A stretch of DNA of 64,000 nucleotides from IMG/VR virus record IMGVR_UViG_3300045988_163359; one strand, given 5' to 3'. Source of the stretch: a virus. Of this stretch, positions 52,259-62,458 are shown one piece after another. The number at the start of each line of letters is the position of its first letter. Positions within the stretch are counted from its first letter, which is position 1. The notes below the pieces were generated by a model that did no database searches, had not been told where the DNA came from, and was given only the letters and a program-made list of their open reading frames with translations. Both the position numbers and the translations under genes were made by a program.

Positions 52259-54496
52259 TTGAAAGAGATAAAATTAAAACAACTAACAATAAGTAATTTT
52301 AAAGGCATATCAAAATTAGACATAAATTTCAAAGACATCACAACAATATCAGGCCAAAATGCAACTGGAAAATCAAGTATATTTGATGCTTTTACATGGT
52401 TATTATTCGATAAAAACAGTAAAGGAGATAGCAAATTTGAGTTAAAACCTTTAGATGAAAATAACGAATATATAAGAGGTTTAAATCCTCATGTAACAGG
52501 CATCTTAGAAGTAGATGGATTAGAAGTAAAACTATCAAAAGAATATAAAGAAAAATGGACCTCTAGAAGAGGAGAAAGCGAAAAAGTATTTGATGGGAAT
52601 ACAACAAAATATGAAATTGATGATATTCCAGTTAAAAAATCAGATTATAACAAGCAAATAAATGAAATAGCAGACGAAGAAACATTTAAATTATTAACTA
52701 ACCCTTTTCATTTTCCTTCTCTTAGTTGGAAAGAACAAAGAAAAGTCATCTTAGAAGTTGCTGGAGGGAATATATCAGTATATGATGTTGTAAAAACTGA
52801 TAAAGATTTAAATTTAGTAAAACAAGATCTAGAAAAAGAAGATGTATCAAAGCTAATAGACAGTAAAAAAGGTAGCATTAAAAAACTAAGAGAAAATAAA
52901 AAGTCAATTCCTTACAAAATCGAGGAATTAATGGAAACAGTAGTTGATTTAGATGTAAAAGAAGTTGAAAAAGAAATAGCATTTAAAGAAAGTAAGTTAA
53001 AAGATATAGACAATAAAATAAGCGATATAGCTAATAGTAGTAAAGAATTATTAGCTAAAAGAAATGAAGTAATGAAAAAAATAAGTGAAAATGAAAACTT
53101 AATCGAAGAAGAAAGACAAGCTGACAGAAAAGGTTATGACAATAAAGTAAGAATATTAGAAGAAGAAAGAAGAAAAGAAGAAAAAGATTTATATTCACAA
53201 CAACAAAAGAAAAATGAATGTGAATATAAAATAGATGGACTAACTAGAAAGTTTGAAATGTTAAAAAATGAAGCTGCTAAATTAAGAGAAGAATTTAGTG
53301 GAATTCAAGCTGAGAAAGTTGATTTTAGTAGTATAAAAACAGAGTGCCCTACTTGTAAACGACCTTTTGATGAATCAGACATAGAAGAAAAACAAGCAGA
53401 ATTAGAGAAAAACTTCAATCTTGATAAAGCTAGAAGAAAAGAAGAAGTAATAGAAAAAGGCAAAATAAAAGTTAAAGAACAAGAAGATATACAAGAAGAT
53501 ATCGAAAATTATACTTTAAAGCTTTCTGAGATAGAAAATAATATAAACATCAAGAAAGAAAAAATAAATCAGCTAGAAAGCCAAATAGGAGGTATTTCTT
53601 ATACGCCTAGTGATGCAACGAAAGAAAAAATATTAAAACTTAAAAGAGAAAACAACAAGCTTTTAGAAAGTTTACAAGAAGATGATACATATCCAGATAA
53701 ATCAGGACTTTTAATTGAAAAAGGAGAAATTAATACACAACTAAAAGGGTTATATAGTCAATTAGGAGCAGTTAAAAATAACAAGAAAGTAAATCAAAGA
53801 ATAGAAGATCTAAAAGCAGAGGAAAAACAAATCGGAGTAGAAATAGCAAGACAAGAAGGTCTTATAATGCTATATGAAAAGTTTATTACTAAGAGAGTAG
53901 AACTTTTAGAAAAAAATATAAATAAGCATTTTAAGAACGTAAGCTTTAAATTATTCTCTACTCAAGTTAACGGAGCTATTGCAGAAACCTGTGAGGCAAC
54001 TATAAATGGAGTACCATTTTCTAATGCAAATACTGCAGGTCAAATAAATGCTGGTATAGATATAATAAACACTTTATCCGAGTATTTCGAATTAGTCGCA
54101 CCTATATTCATTGATAATAGTGAATGTGTAAATAAAATAGCAGATACTAAAGGTCAGTTAATTAAATTGGTAGTTACAGAGGATAAAAAAATAAAAATAG
54201 ATGCCATAGAAATTGCTACAGAAGAAGAAAGAAAATTCTTTGAAGAGAAAATTCAAGAAGCTAAAAATAGAATAGACGAGTTTAGTAATAGTTGTGATAT
54301 TGAAGATATTTTATATGAATTAATTCCAGATATATACCAAATGGAAGAAGAATTTATAGAAAGTAATAGATGGTCAAATACCATGTCACAAGAATATCGA
54401 TGGAAAAACTTAAAAGCTTGTGTAGTTTGGAATGAACCTGCTACAGAAGTACAATCAGGTCAACCTACAGACCCGACAATATCTATAATTGAATAG
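52259..54496 (+). CDS. SMC/Rad50-like AAA ATPase with coiled coil and CxxC hook
   Basis: LTISNFKGI...ISGQNATGKSSIFDA Walker A. Long coiled coil with CPTCKRPF in the centre. C-terminal IFIDNSE Walker B-like. Confidence 0.65.
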   Translation: MKEIKLKQLTISNFKGISKLDINFKDITTISGQNATGKSSIFDAFTWLLFDKNSKGDSKFELKPLDENNEYIRGLNPHVTGILEVDGLEVKLSKEYKEKWTSRRGESEKVFDGNTTKYEIDDIPVKKSDYNKQINEIADEETFKLLTNPFHFPSLSWKEQRKVILEVAGGNISVYDVVKTDKDLNLVKQDLEKEDVSKLIDSKKGSIKKLRENKKSIPYKIEELMETVVDLDVKEVEKEIAFKESKLKDIDNKISDIANSSKELLAKRNEVMKKISENENLIEEERQADRKGYDNKVRILEEERRKEEKDLYSQQQKKNECEYKIDGLTRKFEMLKNEAAKLREEFSGIQAEKVDFSSIKTECPTCKRPFDESDIEEKQAELEKNFNLDKARRKEEVIEKGKIKVKEQEDIQEDIENYTLKLSEIENNINIKKEKINQLESQIGGISYTPSDATKEKILKLKRENNKLLESLQEDDTYPDKSGLLIEKGEINTQLKGLYSQLGAVKNNKKVNQRIEDLKAEEKQIGVEIARQEGLIMLYEKFITKRVELLEKNINKHFKNVSFKLFSTQVNGAIAETCEATINGVPFSNANTAGQINAGIDIINTLSEYFELVAPIFIDNSECVNKIADTKGQLIKLVVTEDKKIKIDAIEIATEEERKFFEEKIQEAKNRIDEFSNSCDIEDILYELIPDIYQMEEEFIESNRWSNTMSQEYRWKNLKACVVWNEPATEVQSGQPTDPTISIIE

Positions 54497-54505
54497 GTGA
54501 AAATA

Positions 54506-54748
54506 ATGAAATGGAGCATAGAAGAAGAAAAGTTTTTAGAAGAAAATTATAAATTAATATCAGATGAAGAAATAGCAAAATATTTAGGGCGAACATTATC
54601 TTCAGTTAGAGGAAAGGTTAATTTTGAAAAAGCTAAGAGACATAAACAAGATAGATTGACTAAGAAAAATAACTATCTGACAGAAGAACAAAGGAAAGAA
54701 AAAGTTAAACGCATATTGTTACTAGCAACAGGAATTTTATTAGATTAG
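54506..54748 (+). CDS. SANT/Myb-like small protein
   Basis: WSIEEEKFLEENY...DEEIAKYLGRTLSSVRGK. Confidence 0.4.
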   Translation: MKWSIEEEKFLEENYKLISDEEIAKYLGRTLSSVRGKVNFEKAKRHKQDRLTKKNNYLTEEQRKEKVKRILLLATGILLD

Positions 54749-54762
54749 GAGAGTGACGAGTA

Positions 54763-55674
54763 TTGAAAAATCAAATAATTAAACAATCTCAAAATATTGC
54801 AGAAAAACCTAAAACTGTTACAGACGAAGTTTTAGAAAGGGTAAGAGAGTTACAAGCAAGTAAAGAATTAGTAATACCAGAGAATTATGCAGCACAAAAC
54901 GCTTTAAAATCAGCTTATCTAATCTTACAAGAAACAAAAGATAAAAATAAAAGATGTGTATTAGAAACTTGTACAAAAGTAAGTATAGCAAATTCTCTTT
55001 TAGATATGATTATTCAAGGATTAAGTCCTTCGAAAAAGCAATGTTACTTTATTCCACATGGAAATAAACTCCAACTAACTAAAAGCTATATGGGAACTAT
55101 AGCTGCAGCGAAAAGAAGTAAATATATAAAAGATGTGAAAGCTTATTGTATCTATGAAGGTGATGAAGTTGAGTTTGAGTATAAAAATGGAAATATAAAT
55201 GTAATAGATTATAAACCTGATTTAAAAAATATAGATAACTCAAAGATAATAGGAGCATTTGCTGTTGTTATAGGAGAAGAAGGGGTTTTACATACGGAAT
55301 ATATGAGTATGGCACAAATAAAAACATCATGGGCGCAAGGACCAACAAAAGGTAAAAGTCCTTCACATATAAATTTCCCAGATCAAATGGCTAAAAGAAC
55401 TGTTATAAATAGAGCTTGTAAATTATATATAAATACATCAGATGATAGTGAGTTATTTGCAAGTGCATTTAATAGAAGCCCTTATTCAGATGATGAAGAT
55501 GTTGTGACATTCCAAAATGAAGCTTTTGAAAGTGAAATAACAGAAAAAGCTAATAAAAAAACAATAGATATAGATGAAGTAGAGCAAATGGAAGCAGAAA
55601 TAATTGATGAAGATACGAAAATAGATGCTGAAGTTGTAGAAGAAACTCAAGAGGAAGAAGATTGTCCGTTTTAA
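54763..55674 (+). CDS. recT: RecT-family single-strand annealing recombinase
   Basis: CTKVSIANSLLDMIIQGLSPSKKQCYFIPHGNKLQLTKSYMG pattern. Acidic C-terminus. Confidence 0.7.
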   Translation: MKNQIIKQSQNIAEKPKTVTDEVLERVRELQASKELVIPENYAAQNALKSAYLILQETKDKNKRCVLETCTKVSIANSLLDMIIQGLSPSKKQCYFIPHGNKLQLTKSYMGTIAAAKRSKYIKDVKAYCIYEGDEVEFEYKNGNINVIDYKPDLKNIDNSKIIGAFAVVIGEEGVLHTEYMSMAQIKTSWAQGPTKGKSPSHINFPDQMAKRTVINRACKLYINTSDDSELFASAFNRSPYSDDEDVVTFQNEAFESEITEKANKKTIDIDEVEQMEAEIIDEDTKIDAEVVEETQEEEDCPF

Positions 55675-56375
55675 AAGTTTTAGCAAGTGGGAGCAGGGGT
55701 AATTGCTATTTACTTATTACTCCTGATGAAACTCTAATAATTGAAGCAGGTATCAAATATAAAGAAATTTTAAAAGGTCTTAATTACAAAATTGACAAAG
55801 TTGTTGGATGTTTAGTTACTCATGAACATAAAGATCACTCTAAATCAATTAAAGACTTAACAGAAAATGGAATAGATGTATATTCAGCTAAGGGGACTTT
55901 TGAAAAGTTAAACATAAAAAACTATAGGACTAAAATAGTAAAAGCTAACAAAAGGCAACAAATAGGAAATTTTACTATTTTACCGTTTGATGTTCTTCAC
56001 GATGCAGAAGAACCTTTAGGATTTCTTATAAAACATCAGGACATAGGAACTTTGTTATTTATAACTGATACTTGCTACTGTGAATACAACTTCAAGAATG
56101 TAAATAGTATCTTGGTTGAATGTAACTATATCAAAGAAAATTTAGAAGAATACTGCATAGAAACAAGTTTAAGTGCTCGTATAAAAGAATCACATTTTGA
56201 ACTTGAAAATGTAATTGACTTTCTAAAAGCTAGTGATTTAAGTAAGACAAGAAATTTGATGTTATTACATTTAAGTGACAAACACGGAGATAGTCAAATA
56301 ATGAAAGAAAAGGTAGAAGAAGCTACTGGAATACCTGTTTTAATAGCAGAAAAAAGCACAGAAATTATATTTTAG
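55662..56375 (+). CDS. metallo-beta-lactamase fold hydrolase
   Basis: HEHKDH motif. LASGSRGNCYL start. Confidence 0.7.
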   Translation: MSVLKVLASGSRGNCYLLITPDETLIIEAGIKYKEILKGLNYKIDKVVGCLVTHEHKDHSKSIKDLTENGIDVYSAKGTFEKLNIKNYRTKIVKANKRQQIGNFTILPFDVLHDAEEPLGFLIKHQDIGTLLFITDTCYCEYNFKNVNSILVECNYIKENLEEYCIETSLSARIKESHFELENVIDFLKASDLSKTRNLMLLHLSDKHGDSQIMKEKVEEATGIPVLIAEKSTEIIF

Positions 56376-56385
56376 GGGGTAAAAG

Positions 56386-56688
56386 ATGATAAAAGCAATC
56401 GTAAATAATGGAAAAGTAGAGGTAAACATAAAAGGTGAAGACAGAGCAAAAATGTTGACTGAACTAGCATATTTAAACTATGGAGTTCTAAAAGGAATGG
56501 CAGATGAATGTGATATAAGTGAAACAAAATTATTAAAAATCTTAACTACATCAATAGAAAAAATAATACAACTAAGAAGTAAAGATATAAAAATCAAATC
56601 ACATACTGAAACAGAAGAAACAAACATAGAAGAAGCTTTAAAAGGTGCAATAGAAAAGCTTGCAGAGTTATTAAAAGACAAGGAGTAA
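56386..56688 (+). CDS. hypothetical protein
   Basis: 100 aa, GGGGG RBS. Confidence 0.45.
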   Translation: MIKAIVNNGKVEVNIKGEDRAKMLTELAYLNYGVLKGMADECDISETKLLKILTTSIEKIIQLRSKDIKIKSHTETEETNIEEALKGAIEKLAELLKDKE

Positions 56689-56690
56689 CT

Positions 56691-56858
56691 ATGAAAGAAA
56701 GAGTAGGAAATATAAGAAAGATAGATAAATTAGGAAGAGTATCTATACCTGCAGAATTAAGAAGATTGTTACACATAAATAGAGAAACTCTTCTGACAGT
56801 AGAGTATGATTCAATTTTAAAAGAAATAAGAATTATACCTTTAAAAGAAGAAAATTAA
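56691..56858 (+). CDS. AbrB/SpoVT-domain protein (55 aa)
   Basis: Not in the track. IDKLGRVSIPAELRRLL is the SpoVT-AbrB signature. Confidence 0.6.
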   Translation: MKERVGNIRKIDKLGRVSIPAELRRLLHINRETLLTVEYDSILKEIRIIPLKEEN

Positions 56859-56914
56859 CTAATAAATATCCTAGGAGGCGTAAAACCTCCTGGGGCTATG
56901 AAAAGGTGATGAAT

Positions 56915-57064
56915 ATGGGAGGCAAAATAGCAACTGATTTAGAAATAAGAAAGTTAAAAAGATTGTATAAAAAAGGTTATAGTGCATTAGAAATAGCTTA
57001 CAACATAAACAGACCTGTTTCCTTTGTAAAAAAATATATAAAGAAAATAGAAAATAAAAAATAG
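56915..57064 (+). CDS. small HTH protein (49 aa)
   Basis: Not in the track. LKRLYKKGYSALEIAYNINRPVSFVKKYI. Confidence 0.4.
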   Translation: MGGKIATDLEIRKLKRLYKKGYSALEIAYNINRPVSFVKKYIKKIENKK

Positions 57065-57089
57065 TAAAATCTTGAAGGGGGTTAATATA

Positions 57090-57461
57090 ATGGGAAGACC
57101 TTTTGAAAAAGTTGACAAACAAGATTTAGTAGGAAAGAAAATAGGAAAGCTTACAGTTGTAGAGTATGCTGGAAAAAGAAATAGAGGAAAAATAAAATAC
57201 GATTATTACTTATGTAAATGTGAGTGTGGAAATGAAAAATTAGTAGTTAGATCCAGTTTACTAAAAAAGAAAGTAAAAAGTTGTGGATGCTTAAGAACAA
57301 GTAAAAATATTAAAAATGCATTTGTACCAAAAGTACAAAAATTAGAAAAAACTAATGGAAATACAATTAAAGTTTATAAACTTAATCCAAATGAGCTAGA
57401 TGCATATTTAAAAGAGTTAAAGACGAAAGAAGTTCAATATGCTGGAGTTAGAGGATGGTGA
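57090..57461 (+). CDS. hypothetical Cys-cluster protein
   Basis: GKKIGKLTVVEY...YLCKCECGNE...SCGC. Confidence 0.45.
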   Translation: MGRPFEKVDKQDLVGKKIGKLTVVEYAGKRNRGKIKYDYYLCKCECGNEKLVVRSSLLKKKVKSCGCLRTSKNIKNAFVPKVQKLEKTNGNTIKVYKLNPNELDAYLKELKTKEVQYAGVRGW

Positions 57462-57714
57462 TAAAGTGAAAGTTTTTCAATACGTAGCTCTTATGAGTAA
57501 AGGCAGAATAGAGAGTGATAAAGACCAGGTATTTAAATATTTAGTTGAAAACTTAAAAAGCTCTTGTGATGTTATAACTGATTTAATACAAATAGACTTA
57601 TGTAAAAGTGATTTTTATATAAAAAATTGTACAAAATTTAAAAGTTGCAAAGATTGTTTAAATTACTTTTTAGACTGGGAGGTTGATTATGAAGAAGTGC
57701 AAAGAATGCAATAG
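57439..57714 (+). CDS. hypothetical protein (start uncertain)
   Basis: 91 aa. Confidence 0.4.
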   Translation: MLELEDGDKVKVFQYVALMSKGRIESDKDQVFKYLVENLKSSCDVITDLIQIDLCKSDFYIKNCTKFKSCKDCLNYFLDWEVDYEEVQRMQ

Positions 57715-58087
57715 AGAATATGAAGATCCTCAAACTGTTGGAGACTTCTTTGGAATATGCGATGAGTGTTATAAAGAAGAGTACAAAAAAATAGAATACA
57801 ACAAATATATAATGCCTCTTCTAGCTGAAAATCATCTTTCTACTATAGAACAAATGATGAAAGTAACAGAAGAACAAGCTGAATTTATTGGAGCGGTAGC
57901 AAAATTCGAAGCAGAAAGTGGAACAAATGAAGAAAAAGAACATATAATCGAAGAATTCTTTGATATGATTCAAGCATCTTTAGGGCTTTTAGACAAAATG
58001 GGGTTAATTAATCTCTTAGAAGAAGGTCGAATAAAACATATAGCAAAGTTAATCGAAAGAGGTTGGGAGTTCAAGAAAATGCTATAA
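57689..58087 (+). CDS. MazG-like pyrophosphohydrolase-domain protein with N-terminal Zn ribbon
   Basis: CKECN..CDEC, then EEQAEFIGAV...EHIIEEFFDMIQASLGLL. Confidence 0.4.
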   Translation: MKKCKECNREYEDPQTVGDFFGICDECYKEEYKKIEYNKYIMPLLAENHLSTIEQMMKVTEEQAEFIGAVAKFEAESGTNEEKEHIIEEFFDMIQASLGLLDKMGLINLLEEGRIKHIAKLIERGWEFKKML

Positions 58088-58130
58088 ACATTCAATAAAA
58101 TTATTTTATCTACAATATAAAAATAATGAG

Positions 58131-58604
58131 GTGGAATGTTTGAATAAAGATGTTATGGAAGAAACAGAAATGATTTTAAAAAACATGAAATTTATAACTA
58201 TCTATATACAGCAAAAGGAAGAACATATAAAAAAGATAAAGGACGGAGATAGGGGGGCGATAAAGGCAGTTTGTAATGATATGGTTAAATCTTCTCCAAC
58301 TCATGCAATTAATAGACCTATAGAAAATGAAGTTATAAGAATAGATGATTTAATTGCAAAAGTTGAGGGAGATATATTTGAACATAAAAAAAACAGAAAG
58401 GTGATATCAGAAGTGTTTAAAAGCATGAGTGAAAAACAAAGAAAGATATTTAAATATATTTACTTTGAAGAAAAAACTCTTAAAGATATTGCCGAGGAGT
58501 TTGATTGTACAATAGCAAATGTACATTACATTAAAAAGAAAATAATCGAAAAAATGGCGGTGGCTTTATTTGGCCAAGATGCATTGAAAGGGGAAGAAAA
58601 ATGA
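58131..58604 (+). CDS. ArpU-like late transcriptional regulator (sigma region-4-like)
   Basis: MSEKQRKIFKYIYFEEKTLKDIAEEFDCTIANVHYIKKKIIEKM. About 150 aa. Confidence 0.55.
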   Translation: MECLNKDVMEETEMILKNMKFITIYIQQKEEHIKKIKDGDRGAIKAVCNDMVKSSPTHAINRPIENEVIRIDDLIAKVEGDIFEHKKNRKVISEVFKSMSEKQRKIFKYIYFEEKTLKDIAEEFDCTIANVHYIKKKIIEKMAVALFGQDALKGEEK

Positions 58605-59605
58605 TAATACATAAAACAATAATACATGTACTAGATACAAATAGTGATGCTCCAATATTAAATGACTATGAATGTAAAAATAGTTTAGAAGTAGATAAGT
58701 TTTTTCAAAAGATAATAACTAGAGTTTTAAAAGATGATGATCTAAGAAAAGCAAAATTCAAAGATTACAACGATAATATTGTAAAAAATTGTTGTGAACA
58801 AATAATCTACGATGAAAAGACATTCCTACCAAATTCAAAAGAGATAGCAGCATATTTATTTGAAGTAATGCAACGAAATGGTGAAATAGATTCTTGTGAT
58901 TTAGCAATATGTTTATACAGTGTTAAAGATGAAAAAAATGTAGCAATTATAAAACTTGATTATAAAAAACTTTACACTCATTCAATAGAATATGTAGAAG
59001 ATAAATTCAACATACAAATAGCATCAAATGAGATAGGCATACCTGAAACAGGTCGACAAAAACAATGTGTAATAGTTGGACCTAATGGAGTGAACGATTA
59101 TTATCACTTTAGATTATTAGACAAAGATGCAGAAAAGGACCAACTAGAAACTAAATTTTTAACAGAGTTTCTAAATGCTGAAAAGATAGAAGATGATAAA
59201 TATAAAACAAAAGTATTTAAGAAAACTGCAGACAACTGGATAACAAATGCAATATCAGAAGATATGAAAATGGCCGAAGATATAAGAAGTATGCTTAATT
59301 ATACTTTAAAAGAAAAAGAAACTGTAGATGTTAAAAAATTTGCTGAAAATAGTATTCAAGATAAAGAATTACAAGAAAGCTTTAATGAACATATGGAGGA
59401 TAGAGGTTTAACTGAAAACTTTGAAATAGACAAGAAATGGATTGAAAAGAAACTTAAAAACAGAAATATAAAAACTGATACTGGCTTTAGTATAAAAGGA
59501 AAGTTAACAGATTTTGAAGATCCAATGAAATACAGCTTTAGAAAAAATGAAAATGGAACATTCGATATAGTATTAAAAAATATAACTTTTTATGAGGAAA
59601 AATAA
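58601..59605 (+). CDS. nucleoid-associated protein (NdpA/YejK-like)
   Basis: MIIHKTIIHVLDTNSD start and size typical of the 37-kDa NAP family. Confidence 0.45.
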   Translation: MIIHKTIIHVLDTNSDAPILNDYECKNSLEVDKFFQKIITRVLKDDDLRKAKFKDYNDNIVKNCCEQIIYDEKTFLPNSKEIAAYLFEVMQRNGEIDSCDLAICLYSVKDEKNVAIIKLDYKKLYTHSIEYVEDKFNIQIASNEIGIPETGRQKQCVIVGPNGVNDYYHFRLLDKDAEKDQLETKFLTEFLNAEKIEDDKYKTKVFKKTADNWITNAISEDMKMAEDIRSMLNYTLKEKETVDVKKFAENSIQDKELQESFNEHMEDRGLTENFEIDKKWIEKKLKNRNIKTDTGFSIKGKLTDFEDPMKYSFRKNENGTFDIVLKNITFYEEK

Positions 59606-59606
59606 A

Positions 59607-60146
59607 ATGACAAGTGAAGAAAAAAACAAATTAGCAGAAGAAAATTTAGGATTAGTTTATTTAGTTGTAAACAAAGAATTTACTTATGAAAAAACTACAG
59701 AAAGCGATAGAGAAAACTACATAGAAGAAGGTATGATTGGATTAGCAAAAGCTATTAATACATTTAATCCAAGTAAAGGTGCTAAATTTAGTACATATGC
59801 TTATACATGCATAAAATTTGAAATAAATAGCTATGTAAGAAAGAAAAACAATCATAAAAGAAAAATAAACTATGTTTGTAAAAATTCAATAGATGAATAT
59901 ATAAAAACTCACAAAGATATTTTAATGGATACGAAAGATGCTTATTCTTCTTTAGTAAATAGAGATGAAATATTAAATATACTTGGAAAGATGAAGATAA
60001 AAAATATAAAGTATATCACTTTAAAACGTGCAGAAGGTTATACGTATGAAAAAATAGGTAATAAAATTGGAGTTAGTAAAGAAACAATACGAGCAAGATT
60101 GAATAAAGCTAAAAAAGAATTAATCGAATTAGGAATAACTGCATAA
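59607..60146 (+). CDS. sigma-70 family RNA polymerase sigma factor
   Basis: Region 2 NLGLVYLVVNKEF...EEGMIGLAKAINTFNPSKGAKFSTYAYTCIKFEI. Region 4 YITLKRAEGYTYEKIGNKIGVSKETIRARLNKAKK. Confidence 0.75.
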   Translation: MTSEEKNKLAEENLGLVYLVVNKEFTYEKTTESDRENYIEEGMIGLAKAINTFNPSKGAKFSTYAYTCIKFEINSYVRKKNNHKRKINYVCKNSIDEYIKTHKDILMDTKDAYSSLVNRDEILNILGKMKIKNIKYITLKRAEGYTYEKIGNKIGVSKETIRARLNKAKKELIELGITA

Positions 60147-60157
60147 GGGAGGATAGT

Positions 60158-60379
60158 ATGGACGATTATACATATAAATGTGAATATTGCGGGAAAGTTT
60201 ACGACTGCAGAAAGCAAAAACATTATACGATTGACATTCCTGGAGAAAAGTTTTTAAAACAAACTTGCAGTTTGAAATGTGCAGAAAAGTATAAAGACAG
60301 ATTAATAGAAGATGCTGAAAAAAGATGCTTAAATCTAAGACAAAATACTAAAATTGTTGAATACAAGGAGGAAATATGA
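60158..60379 (+). CDS. Cys-rich small protein
   Basis: 73 aa. CEYCG...CSLKC. Confidence 0.45.
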   Translation: MDDYTYKCEYCGKVYDCRKQKHYTIDIPGEKFLKQTCSLKCAEKYKDRLIEDAEKRCLNLRQNTKIVEYKEEI

Positions 60380-60551
60380 ACAAAGAAGAATTACAAGGAC
60401 TAAAAAGGGGGTGATAAGCTTTGCTATTAAGCAGAGTGAATGAAATTGTAGAACTGGCTAGAATCTACATGATAGCTTACAAGTTAGAACCTATGGAGGC
60501 TATCGAATGTGCAATAAAAGATATAGAAGAACATGATAAGGGGGACTATTG

Positions 60552-60932
60552 ATGGAAGAAAGAAAATTGGTATATCCAGCGATATACCAACATTTTAAAG
60601 GAAAAGAGTATATTGTATTAGCTATTTCAACTCCAAAGAGTTCTGGAGAATTACGAGATTATAAAAAAATAACTTGGTATCCAGTTATGGCAAGATATAC
60701 AGAATGTGCAGACCCTAAGCTGGAAAACATTCCAACTTATAGACTTCCAGATGGCACTAGAGTACATCCTAAAATGTATGCAGATACAAAATTAGTTATA
60801 TACATGGCTTTATATGATGATTATCAAATATATGCAAGACCATATGATATGTTTATGAGTGAAGTGGATAAAGAAAAATATCCAAATGCAAAACAAAAGT
60901 ATAGATTTGAATTAGAAACCGAGTATTATTAA
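60552..60932 (+). CDS. DUF1653-like protein
   Basis: [15 protein letters not shown]...[17 protein letters not shown]. Confidence 0.5.
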   Translation: MEERKLVYPAIYQHFKGKEYIVLAISTPKSSGELRDYKKITWYPVMARYTECADPKLENIPTYRLPDGTRVHPKMYADTKLVIYMALYDDYQIYARPYDMFMSEVDKEKYPNAKQKYRFELETEYY

Positions 60933-60943
60933 AGGGGAAAACA

Positions 60944-61327
60944 ATGAGAGAAATGAAAGTAAGAGGCTATTCTTTAGATGAAGGACAATGGATAAAAGGA
61001 TTCGGAGCAGAATATAACGATGATCTAGAAAAATATTTAGTACATAACTCACGCGGATTCTTTGAAGTAGATGAAAAAAGCATCGGAGAATATACAGGTG
61101 AAGAAGATGTTAACGGGAAAGAAATATATGAAGGTGACATAGTAGAAACAACTAGAGAATTAAATCATACAATCGGAGTAGTTACTTATTATAAGGCATC
61201 TTGGTATATTAAGACAAATAAAGGTAATCACACAAGACTTATACCTAGATTTTCTACTGTTGAAAATAAAGTAATTGGGAATGTATTTGAAGAAAATAAA
61301 AAAATATTGGAGGAACGATATGAATAG
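60944..61327 (+). CDS. YopX-family protein
   Basis: GKEIYEGDIVE...GVVTYYKASWYI...VIGNVFEN. Confidence 0.65.
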   Translation: MREMKVRGYSLDEGQWIKGFGAEYNDDLEKYLVHNSRGFFEVDEKSIGEYTGEEDVNGKEIYEGDIVETTRELNHTIGVVTYYKASWYIKTNKGNHTRLIPRFSTVENKVIGNVFEENKKILEERYE

Positions 61328-61739
61328 AAAAATTAAGTTTAGAGCATGGGATAAAGAAGAAAATAAAATGTATTATGATGTACAGAATACATATGACTTT
61401 ATGATTAATAATGGTGGTTGTTTTGAAGAAAGTTTTAAAGATGTTTTAGAATATGATAATTATGTAGTAATGCAATATACCAATAATAAAGATATAACTG
61501 GAAAAGAAATTTATGAAGGGGATATAGTTGAAAGTCAGAGAGGTCAAAATGTTTATATAGGTGAAGTAGTTTGGTTTGATGTTGGTTGGTATATTCATAC
61601 TGAATTAACTAATATTAAAAAAGATGGATCAAAATATAAATATCCTGATTATATAAGATTAAAACCTAGATATAGCACTTGTGTTAATAAAGTAATAGGA
61701 AATAAATTTGAAAATTCAGAGTTATTGGAGGGGAAATAA
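61320..61739 (+). CDS. YopX-family protein (paralogue)
   Basis: IKFRAWDKEENKMYY...GKEIYEGDIVES...VIGNKFENSELLE. Confidence 0.7.
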   Translation: MNRKIKFRAWDKEENKMYYDVQNTYDFMINNGGCFEESFKDVLEYDNYVVMQYTNNKDITGKEIYEGDIVESQRGQNVYIGEVVWFDVGWYIHTELTNIKKDGSKYKYPDYIRLKPRYSTCVNKVIGNKFENSELLEGK

Positions 61740-61909
61740 TGAAAGAAGAATTAATAAAAAAAGCATTACTAACAATAAAAAAAGAATGTATTAGCAATGA
61801 AGATTGTGAAGGATGCAAAATATTGGATATTTTAGGATTGATAGCTTGCCCATGTGATTCAGCTACTTTTCCAGAAGATTGGGAAATAGAAAGGGAAAAA
61901 GATGAATAG
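61739..61909 (+). CDS. small Cys-rich protein (56 aa)
   Basis: Not in the track. ATGA overlap with the previous gene. Confidence 0.35.
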   Translation: MKEELIKKALLTIKKECISNEDCEGCKILDILGLIACPCDSATFPEDWEIEREKDE

Positions 61910-61985
61910 AGCAATAGCAGATGCAATAATTATAATTGTTATTGGGGCATGGATAGTAAGTAAGTTATATATGTAAGGTGAAAAT

Positions 61986-62183
61986 ATGAAGAAAATCTTA
62001 GGAGGAAAAGAGAATGCCTGCCCTCTTTGTGGGGGTATGGTGTTCTTCTTAGAAATAGATTATGGAGTAGTCAGTCAATGCAAAGATTGTGGCTGTTTAA
62101 CCAAAGGCAAAATGAGGGAGGAAGTTAAAATTTATGAAATGCAAACATGCAACAAAAATGGGGAAGGAAATAAAATGTTCTAA
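61986..62183 (+). CDS. Zn-ribbon small protein
   Basis: CPLCGG...CKDCGC. Confidence 0.4.
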   Translation: MKKILGGKENACPLCGGMVFFLEIDYGVVSQCKDCGCLTKGKMREEVKIYEMQTCNKNGEGNKMF

Positions 62184-62457
62184 AATTAATGACTTATGTA
62201 TGTTTTTAGATCCTGATGAAAAGAAATGTAGACAACTTAATGGCCAAGGACCTATAAAACAAACTAAACCTGTAGATACAAAGGAAAAGAAAATTGTAAA
62301 AAGTACATATTTAGCATTAGCTTTATCATGGTTAAAAATTAAATTCACAAGAGATTATCAAGGAAATTATGTATTTGAAAGAACAGAAAAATTTAACTAT
62401 GCATGGGCAAAATTAAATCATTTGAGAAAAGAATTAGAAGAATGGGAGGAAAAATAA
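62134..62457 (+). CDS. hypothetical protein
   Basis: 107 aa. Confidence 0.4.
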   Translation: MKCKHATKMGKEIKCSKINDLCMFLDPDEKKCRQLNGQGPIKQTKPVDTKEKKIVKSTYLALALSWLKIKFTRDYQGNYVFERTEKFNYAWAKLNHLRKELEEWEEK

Positions 62458-62458
62458 T

